Of a stretch of DNA of 64,000 nucleotides, positions 50,918 to 64,000 are shown piece after piece. The position numbers and the translations under genes are program-made. Source of the stretch: Octopus sinensis (Eukaryota); NCBI RefSeq assembly GCF_006345805.1, contig NC_043003.1:31124001-31188000 (forward strand), read 5' to 3'. Below the pieces are notes generated by a model. That model was not told the DNA's origin, ran no database searches, and saw nothing but the letters and a program-made list of their open reading frames with translations. Within the stretch, counting starts at the first letter, position 1, and each line of letters opens with the position of its first letter.

Positions 50918-51440
50918 CTAATTTTTGTTTCTCCTGCCCGCCTTTGTTTCGTCTATACCTACATATAATTCTTCACAGTTTGGGCATTTAATGCAGTAAC
51001 TTAAATTTCTGCTTTTGCAGTTCGTATTTGCGTTTGTGAATATTTTTCCGAATTTTGTGCTCATAAATTGGCCGGTATGTATGAATTGGCATGTGCCACA
51101 TCGGCTGTCATTGCATTTAGATACAGTGAAGGATCGGTCTTTGTTGCTAAGGTGAAACTTTGCCTTTGTTAATACTTTTTTCAAGATTTTAGGCTGCTTT
51201 TACTAAGAACCATAACTCGATCCGTGATTATATCTTTTAATTCATTACGTTGAGCAATGATTGGTAAGTTTGATTTGGCAATGTTGAAGATAATCTGGTG
51301 ACATGGGTTGTGTATCACTATAAATCCCACTGAATGATATCTTGGCCTGACGTCATGTTCTATAACCTTGGATACGTACAGTTGGGTAGACGAAAACTAT
51401 CGGTGAACTGTATATGAAATTCAAAACATACGCACCAATT
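50918..51440 (-). mobile_element. Penelope-like element 3' fragment (Cys linker plus start of GIY-YIG)
   Basis: VIHNP..IFNIAKSNLPI, KVLTKAK, CNDSRCGTC, NCKSRNLSYCIKCPNCEELYVG. Confidence 0.88.
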
Positions 51441-51603
51441 CTACTTGAGAAATACGTTAAGGGTATCTAGGATTGTTCGGCCATCTGCACGTCAGTTCAG
51501 GAACAAGTAATTCCGTTGATCGAACGACTGAATCTCCATCGTTGAAAGACGGGGATCCACCATCAAAACAGTTACATAACAGCAACGGAAATAAACACTT
51601 TAC

Positions 51604-51725
51604 GCAAGTGTTCAAAAGCAAGGCTATTATAAGCTTGAGAGGAGTGAACTTCAAAAGTAATTAATTTCTTTGAAGATATTCTTTGCCACTCAGGATCTGA
51701 CCACCAAAACAAGTTGAACAAAGAT
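51604..51725 (-). CDS. Candidate internal exon (SLFNLFWWSDPEWQRISSKKLITFEVHSSQAYNSLAFEHL)
   Basis: atatttctcctacag acceptor, TGC|GTAAAG donor, 122 nt open phase 2-1; phase-compatible with 52918-53059. Confidence 0.4.
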
Positions 51726-52488
51726 CTGTAGGAGAAATATATTATGCATACCAACAAAAGGTTACTCATGAGTATGAATTTCATAAACTTGGTAAGGTGC
51801 CAATATTTACAGGAAGTGTAACTTCTCTCCGACTCATAACATCTACACTGTATCATATTTCAAAAATTAAAGAATTTTAATCCAAGAACAAGAGATAACT
51901 GCAATGAACCTGTTGAAGTAGTCGATTATACTATATATTTGTGAAAGGCAATACATACGTAATCAGATCATCATCTGCCCTAAAATATACTGTGTATATT
52001 CGTGATTAAATCGCATTGGTAGTTAAATCACACCTCCGTGCTTTTTCTCATAACATTCTTGGCTTAATCCATGATTCGCATACAAGTCGCAGGCTGTATT
52101 TATCATTACTCTATGCTTGGCTTAAATTACTATCAAAATGCTTAACTAAACATCATATATTTCCTCGTAGTATAGACAACAATATGCAGGAAATACAGCG
52201 TGGTATCTGCTCTATTTCTGTATGGTACAATGGCAATGCATGCCAACAATAATTAACGAGTTTCCCCGTCCTGACCGAAATGGATTGAAAGTGCTTTTTG
52301 AGTTTTTGCATCTTTTTCGTTCGTTTTTTGTTTGTTTATTTTTTCGTTTTCTTCTTTTTACCTACAGTAAATTTTAGGATTCAGAAATTATTTTGTTTTG
52401 ATTATTAACTATACACATGAATGACGAAAGTGCGCTACTATTACAGTATGAAATTAAGTAGCAAATACAATATTTTATTGGTTACTAA

Positions 52489-52702
52489 GGCGGCGAGCTG
52501 GCAGAAACGTTAGCATGCCGGGCGAAATGCTTAGCGGTATTTCGTCTGTTTTTACTTTCTGAGTTCAAATTCCGCCGAGGTCGACTTTGCCTTTCATGCT
52601 TTTGGGGTCAATAAATTAAGTACCAGTTGCGTACTGGGTCAACTTGCCTCCCCCAACCAAAAAAAAAAAAAATTTCGGGCCTTGTGCCTAGAGTAGAAAA
52701 GA
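52489..52702 (+). mobile_element. SINE family B
   Basis: ggcggcgagctggcagaaacgttagc head and core. Confidence 0.9.
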
Positions 52703-52917
52703 ATATTTTATAGATTACTATTTTCAATGCATTATATATTTTATATTAAAATGTTGTATGATTCATATGCAAAGTTTTACATTGTATTTTTATGAGGAGA
52801 AGTACGACTGATAGAAGTGCATGTGTATTTCTATAATTATTACTTCGGCATGACGTTATTGCTAAGCAAATATTCGTCATTCATAGGAAGGCCTGCATTA
52901 AGACAAATGCTACTCAC

Positions 52918-53059
52918 GCGGCGTTCTTTTGGGCTCTTTTTGTTATTGGGTTGATCCGGAGTCCAGAGAAAGAGTTTATGCCTTTGGTCTTCACAGGGCC
53001 TTCGAAATTGATGAGATTTATACCGTTAATGCTTTTCTCGATCAGTATGTTGATGGTTT
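52918..53059 (-). CDS. Candidate internal exon (ETINILIEKSINGINLINFEGPVKTKGINSFSGLRINPITKRAQKNA)
   Basis: ccccctctccgcatttttgtcag acceptor, GC|GTGAGT donor, 142 nt open phase 1-2; product unidentified. Confidence 0.4.
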
Positions 53060-53826
53060 CTGACAAAAATGCGGAGAGGGGGAATTCTAGAATTTGAGGT
53101 TCTGGAGAGGAAGGGCTGGACGTAGTGACAAGGGTCGCACACAATAAGGTTAGATTGAAACAATAAGGATAAAGTGAAAAAGACAAAGTGGTTCTGGAGT
53201 GGTGATGGCAAAACTCTGCTTGGTCCGAACATGAGAAACTTTTGTGGAAGTAGTAGAAAAGGCTGCAGCACGTCCAGGAGCCGGATATTAGATAAACACC
53301 TTCGTGCATGGTGGCCTTTTGGAGGTGCGATCTAAGATGTCAATAATTTTAACAGCAGTGTTATCCCACATGTGTTTCAGTACACCATTTTCTATTTTTT
53401 GTTCGTTCCAACTGAGATTTGTAGACGGTCAATTGTTATTTGCTAAATAATTCCCTGTTCCACAAAAGAAAGAAAGACCACATTTTAACATTTAATATTG
53501 ATGAAACGTTCTCGTCAATATTCTCATCATATACAATAATAATAGACATGACATAGTTGTGTGGGTCAGAAACCAAAATTTATGTATTTTGTAGCGATGA
53601 GATACCAAGATTAGTTGAGCATTTCTTTCACTATGGGTAATAAAAGGGAAGATTTATCCACAACTGTTTTGGAACCAATAGCTTTTATACCTAGACCATA
53701 TATTTATATTTGTATCTATGACTTTTAGTGCCGTTTATTCATATAAAGTGTTTAAACTAGAGTTTTCAAGCAAATAGAGACACCCCCAAACTGGTATTCA
53801 ACAAATTTAATACAAAATCAGAAATA

Positions 53827-54225
53827 GGCGTAGGAGTGGCTGTGTGGTAAGTAGCTTGCTTACCAGCCACATGGTTCCGGGTTCAGTCCCACTACGTGGC
53901 ACCTTGTGCAAGTGTCTTCTACTATAGCCTCGGGCCGACCAAAGCCTTGTGAGTGGATTTGGTAGACGGAAACTGAAAGAAGCCCGTCGTATATATATGT
54001 GTGTGTGTGTACATGTTTGTGTGTCTGTGTTTGTCCCCCCAATATCGCTTGACAACCGATGCTGGTGTGTTTACGTCTCCATAACTTAGCGGTTCGGCAA
54101 AAGAGACCGATAGAATAAGTACTAGGCTTCTAAAGTATAAGTCCTGGGGTCGATTTGCTCGACTAAAGGCGGTGCTCCAGCATGGCCACAGTCAAATGAC
54201 TGAAACAAGTAAAAGAGTAAAGAGA
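53827..54225 (+). mobile_element. tRNA-derived SINE family A, full length
   Basis: A-box tggctgtgtggtaag, B-box gggttcagtccc, internal (TA)/(TG), tail ggtgctccagcatggccacagtcaaatgactgaaacaagtaaaagag. Confidence 0.93.
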
Positions 54226-54798
54226 GTGTAAATATGTATGATCTTTCGTGTGAGAATGTGCGTATGTATATGTGAGTGAATAAATATACGTGTATGTGCA
54301 GTCTTAAATGTAAAAAATGTGATATAAAGCATTACGAGTTTTTTTCTGACATCTACAACACGTAGGTTTCAAGTAATGTGTCAATGGAATGTCAACACTT
54401 CATTCATTCCCAATTCTCGTGCCATTAACCTTTACTGACGTATGTAACTTCCAACTTCATCTCATTCATAGATTACTTTTACTTTATTTAGACATTTTAA
54501 TACAGAGATCTCCTGTGACATGGAAACGCCGGTTATGGTTATAGAAGCGGTTGTACTGTTTTTTTTTACTATCGAAGAAATGCATCACAAATTGCAACAT
54601 GGATGTCAATAGGAAAATAGGTTTTAGATTATGGATGTCCCCTCATTACGGTAAAGACATCAAGTGAGCAAATATTCTTAACATGAGGGATTACTGTATC
54701 TTTAATTTAACGCACAGTTTAATATTATTCCATCTAATTCGACATTGTAACAAACTATGACAGCAAATTAACCTTACTTGATGATATTAAGATAGTAA

Positions 54799-55009
54799 GG
54801 CGGCGAGCTGGCAGAAATGCGTAGCCGTATTTCGTCTGCCGTTACGTTCTGAGTTCAAATTCCGCCGAGGTCGACTTTGCCTTTCATCCTTTCGGGGTCG
54901 ATAAATTAAGTACCAGTTACGCACTAGGGTCGGTATAATCGACTTAATCCGTTTGTCTGTCCTTGTTTGTCTTCTCTGTGTTTAGCTCCTTGTGGGTAGT
55001 AAAGAAGTA
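54799..55009 (+). mobile_element. SINE family B, full length, 12-bp TSD
   Basis: GATATTAAGATA at 54783-54794 and 55010-55021. Confidence 0.92.
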
Positions 55010-56034
55010 GATATTAAGATACGTATCGTCTGCTCTCCAGTTCAAGTTCTTGATTACCATATTCTACGATTTTTCGCTTAACCACTCTTTATTCCGATTA
55101 ATCCCCAGTAAATTAATTAATTAAGCAATATTCCTACAATAACTACTGTTTCTCCAATTTGGTATAACTGCATACAAGCTCATGACGTTATGATTGCAAT
55201 TCTTAATTACTGTAACCAAAGTTGATAATTCATAAAATCGCTTTATCGTCATATTTTTTCTAGTTGTCGATTGGTTCAAAGTTTAAGCATTCGAAATAAT
55301 ATGTACACAGGTAAATTTAGAAACAATTTTATGTGAATTATAGCCCTAATGTTTCGAATTGAAATCGTCTAACTTTCTAAATTCATATAAAAACTGATTT
55401 GTGTCTTGTGGATGGTTATTTAAATAAGACCCTAGTTTCAAAATTTAATGTTTTTCTTAAATTTAATTCCATATCTTACCTATACATCATCGATATTTTT
55501 TCTAAATATGGTATCTAACTATTCCACTTTCAATATTTACTCTACCGCTTGCCAAATCTTTCTCAGCCTCTCGACCCTATTTCCCCGCCTTTCATTTCTT
55601 CCTACTTTCCTTCATTTTGGCAAATGAAATTTTTTTCCGATAAAAGAAATAAGGAAATCTAAGAGGAATGAAACAGATCTGCCAATTTCTACGTAAATAA
55701 AATAAGTAGTTACCATTTACTGTGTTGAAAGTATTGAATTGGTGAAGCACACCCTACTACATACATACATACATACATTCATGCATGCATACATACATAC
55801 ATACATACATATATACATGTATACATACATAATACACGTATGCTATCTATGTGTGTATGTATGTATTCGCACGAAATTATGAAGATTTTTGGTCGATAAC
55901 TGACGAGGGTTGAGCATGTCCACGTCCTGTGTGATTTTTTCCGTGTTTTCCTTTGTGGTCCTTCTGTGTTATTTTTACTCTTCCCCTCCCCCACCCTCTC
56001 TCTCTCTCTCACACACACACACACTCTCTCTCTC

Positions 56035-56068
<34 letters not shown>

Positions 56069-56079
56069 CATATATATAA

Positions 56080-56124
<45 letters not shown>

Positions 56125-56713
56125 ACACGTGTGTGTGTATAAGTTCGGTGTCTCGTAGCACACAAACCTCAAAGGACACAAATAATCCGTCCAAGGGTTG
56201 GATTTTTCCACTTAAGGTGCTCTACGACCCTAGTTTTCCTCTAAGGTGTTCTATGGAAAACACACAATGTAACAAAATAAATGTGAGAGTGAATGTCACC
56301 GTTATAAAGAAAAGCAGTGCATGGTTACCTTACGGTAACCTTACAGTACATCGAGATGCCAATACGACTAGTTTTTTCAGTCGATGTGGAAACGGACCAG
56401 GCTCTTGAGGCGGAAACATAACGTGTAGAAACTTACTAGGGCTGAATATAAGGATAAACACAACACAAAAAGTAAAAGAAATGAACACACATGTACAATT
56501 TTGAAATTTCCTGACACCGAACTAGTTAAAATAGCTCCAAAGGGGTCTGTTGAGAAAAATATTGAATTAGAAAGCTATATAGCTATAACAAAAATACACT
56601 CACGCACATATATGAAAAGTATATTTGGTCGACAGTGCTTTCAAAGTTTTGGCTTCCTTACCATCATCAATCTATTTGGTAATTATACACACACACCACA
56701 CATATATATATTA

Positions 56714-56768
<55 letters not shown>

Positions 56769-56834
56769 GCATATGTATATATGTACATATATATCTATAC
56801 GCATATATATATATAAATCCTTAAATCCTTAAAA

Positions 56835-58415
56835 ATGTTTTAGCCCGAAGGCCGCGGCCATGCTGGGGCACCACCGCTGAATGAGCCACACTAGTTTGTG
56901 AATCCACCTCTGATACGTGGCACTTGATCAACAAGGGAGTTCGATGCTGCTGCCCGCATCCGCGTCTCCTGTCGTGAGGTAGGTTCATCTGGGACTTCCA
57001 ACAAGAAGAGATCCAGTTTAGTTTTAAAGAAACCCACATCCACACCATGTAAGTCTCTCAGGCATTTAGGGAGGATGTTGAAAAGCTGTGGTCCTCTGAA
57101 ACCCAAGCTGTTGCAGTATCTGGACCTGTATTTTGATGGTGATGTTGGAATCCTTGGCACCACGCAGCGGCGCCCCGTTCTGCGGTTGGAGTAACTTTGA
57201 ATGCCAAAGTTTGGGATAAGACCCTCCAGGATTTTCCAGATGTATATTACTGCATATCTCTCCCGCCTCCGCTCCAGGGAGAAGAGGTTTAATACCTTCA
57301 GTCTTCCCAGTAGCTGACATTTTGCATTGAGACGATTTTTCTTGTGTAGCTTCTCTGAGTTGCTTCGAGTTCTGCTGTTTGTTTTATATTGTGTGGTGAC
57401 CAAAGTTGGGAGCAGTAGTCCAAGCGGCTGAGGACAAATGTTTCCATAGGACCATCAGTGTCTCCTTCTCTCTTGTTCTGAAAGTTCGGAGAATCCATCC
57501 AGCTAGCCGTCTGCATTTTATCACCAGATTAGCAATATGCATTTGGAAAGATGCATCATTGCTCATGTCAATGCCCAGGTCACGCACTGATTTTGACTCA
57601 GGGATTGCAATTCTTCCTGGGCCAGTGTATCCAGTCTTCACGTCATTTACCTTTGTGTGCCAGTAGCGCAGGGCCTGGAACTTACCTGCATTAAACTGCA
57701 TGTTGTTGTCCTCAGCCCACCTGTATATTGTGTCCAGCTCATGTTGCAGATGCGCAATATTTTCAGGGTTCTGTATTGCGTGGGAGACCTTTGTGTCATC
57801 TGCATAGCTAGCAAGGGTGGTCATCGTAGCAACTGAAGGCATGTCTGAAAGGGCCACTATGAACATCAGTGGCCCCAAGACAGTGCCCTGTGGGACACCG
57901 CTTGTTATTTGCGTTTCCCTGGAGGTGGCTCCATTGCTCACAACTGCCTGTTTTCTGTCTTTTAGGAAGTTGTGCAGCCACTCTCCAAGTTTCCCGCCTA
58001 TGCCGAGACCACGCAGTTAACAGATCATACCATGGTCGACTTTATCAAAGGCTTTTGCAAAGTCAAGATATATTACATCCACATTTGAGCCATTTAGTAG
58101 CTGTTTCAACACCCAGTCATAGTGCTGCAGGAGCTTTGTTAGGCAGCCTCTACCTGGTCGAAATCCATGCTGGTTGTCAGACAGTAAGTCATTTTCTTCA
58201 AGGAACATGATTAGTTCTTACGGACTATTCGTTCCATGACTTTGCTGATGTGTGTTCAGAGAGATAGGCCTATAATTTTTAACATCTGCTCTGCTACCTC
58301 CCTTATGGATAGGGCATATTACCCCCTCTTTCAGTTTGACTGGGAAGCTTACCACTTGCAAGAAAGCTCTGAAAAAGAAGCTGTAGCGGTTTTGCAAGGG
58401 CTCGTTTGCACGATT
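56835..58415 (-). mobile_element. CR1-like LINE, RT domain to 3' terminus, relatively well preserved
   Basis: NQHGFRPGRGC, YLDFAKAFDKVDH, SGVPQGTVLGPL, SYADDTKV, SRLDYCSQLW, SLERRRERY, GFRGPQLFNILP; complete 3' tail. Confidence 0.95.
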
Positions 58416-58426
58416 TATATATAATA

Positions 58427-58478
<52 letters not shown>

Positions 58479-58761
58479 CGTATATATATATATCTATATA
58501 TATTATATATATATATATATATGCATATATATGCACACATATATATATAATACATATATATGCATACACACACATATTTTATATGTTCATATATATATAT
58601 ATATATATAATATATAATATATATGTTATACATATATATATATATATGTATGTACATATATATAAATATATAACATATGCATATATATATGTATACACAC
58701 ATATATATGCATGTATATATATATAGACGTGTGTGTAGTTATAGAATACATATACATATAT

Positions 58762-58828
<67 letters not shown>

Positions 58829-59749
58829 TATATATATATTGGTGTTTATGTCTGCATGTGCATATATATGTCTATGTGTATGTATGTACACGTATGCCTG
58901 TATGTACTTAAAAGTACAATAATATTATTTCATCAAATGCAATTTATTCTGATGTTTGTTTCTTATTATTTTTTCTTGTTTTGTACCTTTTTTCTACTTC
59001 ATTTTATGCGTCTCTCTCCCTCTCTGTCTCTTTCGATTATATGATCCCGAAAGAACGTTTCCCTATTTTTCACATCGATCCTATTACACAAATAAATAAA
59101 ACCTAACACTAACATACAAGAAAATAAGATACGAGTAGGAAGGAAACGAAAATCAATATGTCCTACAACATAGAAATAGGCATTTTCGTACAAATGTTGT
59201 GGGTATGGCTGTAAATGTTGTCGGCTGCAAAAGACGGTAATGAGAGGTGAGGTGAAATATGGATGTGACGTGGATTGTACAAAGGCGTGGTTAATCGAAA
59301 CTCTGATTTATTGGAGAAATTGTAACGGAAATATGTGTGCGTGCATGCATTCGTGGCGTGTGTTTATATGTATGTATGTATGTATGTATGTAGTATGTAT
59401 GTATGTATGTATGTATGTATGTACGTGTGTATGTGTGTGCGTGTGTATGTACGTATGTGTGTGCGTGTGTTTGTACGAATGTGTGCATGTGTGTATTCAT
59501 GTATGTATCTCATTAATAAGTTTTATTTCAAGATTTCTTGCCAATAGAGAAGGGACGAGTTTCTAACCTAGATCCAAGGCTCTTTCATAGGAATTTCAAC
59601 AACATCAATAGAGTATTTGTTTATGTTTGTGTGTATGAGTACAGTATTTGGTGACAGTGCATGTGCAGACTTGTATGATTTGTCTGATGTATGTATTCTC
59701 ATCTATATATCTGCATGTCTAGACATGTTCCTATATACTTATATATACT

Positions 59750-60200
59750 ATATACTATATGGTAAAATTCTGGTAAGTTTTACAAATTTTTACAGTTCTA
59801 GTTTTGGTTGTGATCTCTAGCCCTTGGATCAACATTCTCCTTTCTGGTTTTGTGAAGTTTAATTTCTCAAGATTGATAATTACGTAGTTTGTTCCATAAT
59901 TTGCGATCTGAGCGGTGTTATGTGTTATATTAAGGCGCTTCCGGTTTGTCCCGTATAATTTCCTCTGCATTCTGAGATTGAATTGGCCAAAACGTCCATT
60001 CGACTTTTGTCGACACTAAAATTCCAGGACTCTAATATGTAACTAATTTCAGTCTGTTCCCTGTGCATGCACACTCGTTAAATACTTGACTCTTCAAGGT
60101 GGATTCTGTTACAGAACGTGTACGAGAAATAGTTTTTAAGGATTTCGACCGGGAAAATTTTCGGTTCAAAATGTACTTCACTCTGGCCTCACTCTGAGAT
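59750..60200 (-). mobile_element. PLE pre-RT region fragment
   Basis: VIINLEKLNFTKPERRMLIQGLEI resembles the VINLS..LT..E..L.KGL motif seen at 29600-29700. Confidence 0.55.
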
Positions 60201-60909
60201 TAACAGCAATAAATTGGAATCAGCAACGCCAAACTCCCCCATTCATAAAATGGCACATATCAGAGGTGGTTTCAAGTAGTGGAAGTGGAGCAAAGCTAAC
60301 AGCGGAGCTCCAGCATGACCGAGCTGAAGTATAAATAAATAAATATTTGAATATATATGTGTATATATGTATGCATGCATGCGTGCATGTATGAATACAT
60401 ACAAACATGCATGCATACATGAAGTTTTCTGGTTTGCTTTGTAAATACAAAAACACTCTTATAATTCTATACATCATATATATAGATATCATACATATAT
60501 GTGCGTTTGAGTGTTTGTATGTATCATTGGATGCATATGTTTCAGTATACGTTTCGCTTCTGTCAACAATGTACCAAGGCTCCAAGAGCCAACACCTGAG
60601 CCTCTGCGTGGTTACATATAGCAGCTGAATTCCCTCAAAGTTTCATTAAATGAAATAAAGTAAGAACACACGACCAAATGTAATCTTACATAATCTAAAA
60701 GGATGATGATCAATGTATGTTGATCATGCTTATGATCAAAGGCAATCCAGCATGACAGTGACCATCTTAACCTTGTTTTCAGATATAGTATATCCAGATC
60801 TGCAATTTCGAATCTGCTTTGCCGTTTTTAAAATGTTAGGATGCAATCTGATAAAAGTTGAGCTGTTATTTCTAAAAGACCGTGCAACTTTTACTTACAT
60901 TTTTTTGTT

Positions 60910-61316
60910 CTTTTATCTTTTATCTTTTACATGTTTCAGTCATTAGACTGCGGACTTGCCAGGGCATCACCCTGAATCGAACAAATCGACCCCAGGACTT
61001 AATTTTTAAGCCGGGTACTTATTGTATCGGTCTCTTCTGCCGAACCACTAAGTACTAAGTTACGGGAACGTAAACATCAACATCGGTTGTCTAGTGGTAA
61101 TTGGGGGCGGGGATACAAACATGCGCACATACACACATATATACATATATATACGACGGGCTTCTTTCAGTTTCCGTCAACCAAATCCGCTCATAAAGCT
61201 TTGGTTGGTCCGAGGCTATAGTAAAAGTCACTTTCCCAATGTGCCAAGCAGTGGGACTGAACACGGAACCATGTGGCTGGTAAGCAAACTTGTTACTACG
61301 CAGCCACTCCTGCGCC
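60910..61316 (-). mobile_element. SINE family A, full length
   Basis: Reverse complement of 53827-54225. Confidence 0.9.
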
Positions 61317-62139
61317 TATGTAGCTTTTCATTATTCACATGCTATACCGCCGGCTCTTTCCATTTGGTCACTTTACACGATATAACATCTATTCACTGCA
61401 TCTCTCACATACATCTCTCTCTTTCTATCTCCCTTTCTCTTTCTCCTTCTCTTTCTCTACTATCTAGTCTACTGTCTATCTAGTTCTCGCTCTCTCTTTA
61501 ACCTTGTCTCTCTGTCTCTAATTCCTTCTCTCTCTTTCGCTATCTCTTTCTAAATTACGTATGCTCACTTACTCTCTGTCTTCTTAATTACATTTTCCAC
61601 TTCTTCCCTCCACCAACCCCTCACAATATCTCATTCTGTTTCTTCTATCATTCCCCCTTCTTAGGTTTCTAGATACACACACACACACACACACACACAC
61701 ACTCATACACACACATTCACTCACTCACTCACACACACACACTCATACACACACATTCACTCACTCACACACACATACACGCACATATTCTGCATACACT
61801 CGATGTGCATGTGACTGTGTATAAATAGATAAATATATGCACATACAAACATGCTTAATCACTTGTTTATATATTTAATTATTACATGTCTGTTAGCGTT
61901 TTGCATGCAAGATGCGCAAGCCATCCTGTAATATTTGTATAACTTGCATAGAATTGTGAAACCAAGGTGAGAAGCTCTACAATGTTGTTAAGAGAAGCCA
62001 TATTAAGGATGATCTGGAGGCATCAAAGCCTAACGAATACATGATCCGTTAGATTTCACGAGGAACTTCGGAATTAATTGAATTTCGCAAAGTAGGTTAT
62101 CATTATTATCCAGTGACTTTACTTATTGCTTTGCTGAAC

Positions 62140-62165
62140 ATCATCTTCATCATCATCTTCATCAT

Positions 62166-62221
<56 letters not shown>

Positions 62222-62280
62222 CCACCACCATCATCATCATCATCATCTTCATCATCATCGTCATCATCATCATCATCATC

Positions 62281-62313
<33 letters not shown>

Positions 62314-62370
62314 GTCGTCGTCGTCGTCGTCGTCGTCGTTGTCATCAGCAACAACAACAGCAGCAACAAA
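62140..62370. repeat. Compound (CAT)n(CGT)n(CAA)n triplet repeat
   Basis: Directly visible. Confidence 0.97.
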
Positions 62371-62918
62371 GCGATGGCACACAGTATGGAAAACAGACGG
62401 AACAGTCATGGATGCAATGAATTAGATCCGCTGGAACCGAGAAGAAGAAGAAGAAGAAGAAGAAGGTTAAACAACAACAACAACAACACCACCACCAATA
62501 ACATCAACATCAGTCCGGAATGTCCGTTAATACTGACTCTGATACTACCACGAATCCCATTCCTGAGCCAAATACTAACACTGAACATCGCATCATAACC
62601 ACACCATGGTTAGGAACTGTAAATAGCGAGCCTCCTATATTATAATCATCATCAACCCATACAATCGTAACACAGGTATAATTTCAAACTCGGGCAAATG
62701 TGTCCCTTGAAAGGAAACTGCATCCAAGATATTGTGGTGTTTGAGTGTGTAGTAACTAGCTGCTTCACAATTAGAAATTGCAGCGGTGCCTCCACTAGCC
62801 TGGTGATGCTCAGAATATCAACCCATAAACACAATCTAAACGAATCTAATACCGTCTAACTGAATATATTTACTCGCCCAACTACATTAACTATGATATA
62901 TATATATATATAATATAT

Positions 62919-62958
<40 letters not shown>

Positions 62959-62961
<3 letters not shown>

Positions 62962-63070
62962 CTGTAATAATATGTGACGATTATTCAGTTGCCATAATAA
63001 GGCTCCGAGTTTCGGATGTCGGGGCGGAAACGTATTATATTACAGATAAATTCCTCTATTTACATAATAT
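62959..63070 (-). mobile_element. Truncated copy of the 10290-10420 hammerhead element with inverted 3' end
   Basis: catcc-GAAA-ctcggag retained; 5' half replaced by an inverted copy of the element's own downstream sequence (63032-63070). Confidence 0.75.
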
Positions 63071-63451
63071 CTCACCACCAAAGATTTGGCTGCTATTTCT
63101 AGCACGTCCTGCTATCACGTAACAGCTATTTGCGATAATAGACCCGAAATACCAGTTACGTGGTAGCAGATCGTGCAAGAAATAGTAACCAGATTTTTTT
63201 CTTTTCTGGAGAAGAAAGCCGTTTACGCGTGATTTGGATGTCACGTTCGTTGAAAGCGCGCGTATACACACACAAACACACACAAACATACACACACACG
63301 CACACGCGCACACACACATAAATATATATATATAACACACACACATATATATACATATATATATTATAATAAATATATATATATATGACATACATATATA
63401 TACATATATATACATATGTCTATACATATATATACAGATATATATATATAC

Positions 63452-63513
<62 letters not shown>

Positions 63514-63517
63514 ATAT

Positions 63518-63553
<36 letters not shown>

Positions 63554-63560
63554 TATATTA

Positions 63561-63790
63561 AATTAGAGAAGAACCAAAATGTAGCAATTCAACAATGATA
63601 TAATTAAATCATACCATATAGAAAAAAATTTAAATATACGATAAAACATACACCTATAATTAAATAAAATACAAAATAATAAATAAATAGCATATAATTA
63701 GTAAAAAGGCTACACGTGTTTCGTGGCTATATTTTCAAACTGATAACAGTAAAATCAATTCAGTTTAAATATATGGTTCTTCTCTAAATT
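63561..63790 (-). mobile_element. Short PLE-type insertion with hammerhead 3' half and terminal inverted repeat
   Basis: IR aattagagaagaacca (63561-63576) / tggttcttctctaaatt (63774-63790); GAAA-CACGTG-TA-gcc at 63722-63708. Confidence 0.6.
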
Positions 63791-64000
63791 ATATACATAT
63801 ATTATATATTGTGAAATTTGATTTAGAATTACTAAATTGAATTTTCCCTGGAAGTTTGGAATCATATTCCCTAATATTATTATTATCATCATATATATAT
63901 ATACATATATATATACACACACACACACACATATATATATATAATATAGACACATATATATATACATATATATACAATATATATATATTATATATATATT

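Noticed and set aside
55885-55930. CTGACGA...ACGTC possible hammerhead relic
   Set aside because: GAAA box missing and stem I does not pair.
56325-56342. GGTTACC-TTAC-GGTAACC hairpin
   Set aside because: 7-bp stem, expected by chance in 64 kb; no context.

Overview
Eukaryotic, very AT-rich (microsatellite-saturated) genomic DNA; the tRNA-derived SINE families, (TA)n/(CA)n/(TATC)n density and retroelement mix point to an octopus/cephalopod genome (inference, no database check). No intact protein-coding gene, rRNA, true tRNA or CRISPR array is supportable; almost all ORFs in the supplied track are microsatellite artefacts. The window is a graveyard of mobile elements: an intron-containing Tc1 (DD34E-type) transposase remnant, two TA-flanked MITEs, four SINE families (>20 copies), CR1-like, RTE-like and R4/Dong-like LINE fragments, an ORF1-only LINE, and fragments of several Penelope-like element (PLE) lineages. 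The most notable signals are (1) a PLE whose polyprotein carries an in-frame Ulp1/SUMO-protease-like domain with a recognisable His-Asp-Cys triad, preceded by a 2A-like ExNPG motif and a candidate intron; (2) short non-coding elements carrying type I hammerhead ribozymes of several unrelated families (one fully intact at 17505-17586), many with an inverted 3' end fused at the ribozyme; (3) an 8-kb stack of retroelements each bounded by (TAA)n; (4) a shared 3' stem-loop tail linking a CR1-like LINE to the commonest SINE; (5) an unidentified ~3.3-kb decayed intronless ORF; and a few splice-signal-bounded open segments that may be exons of a minus-strand host gene.
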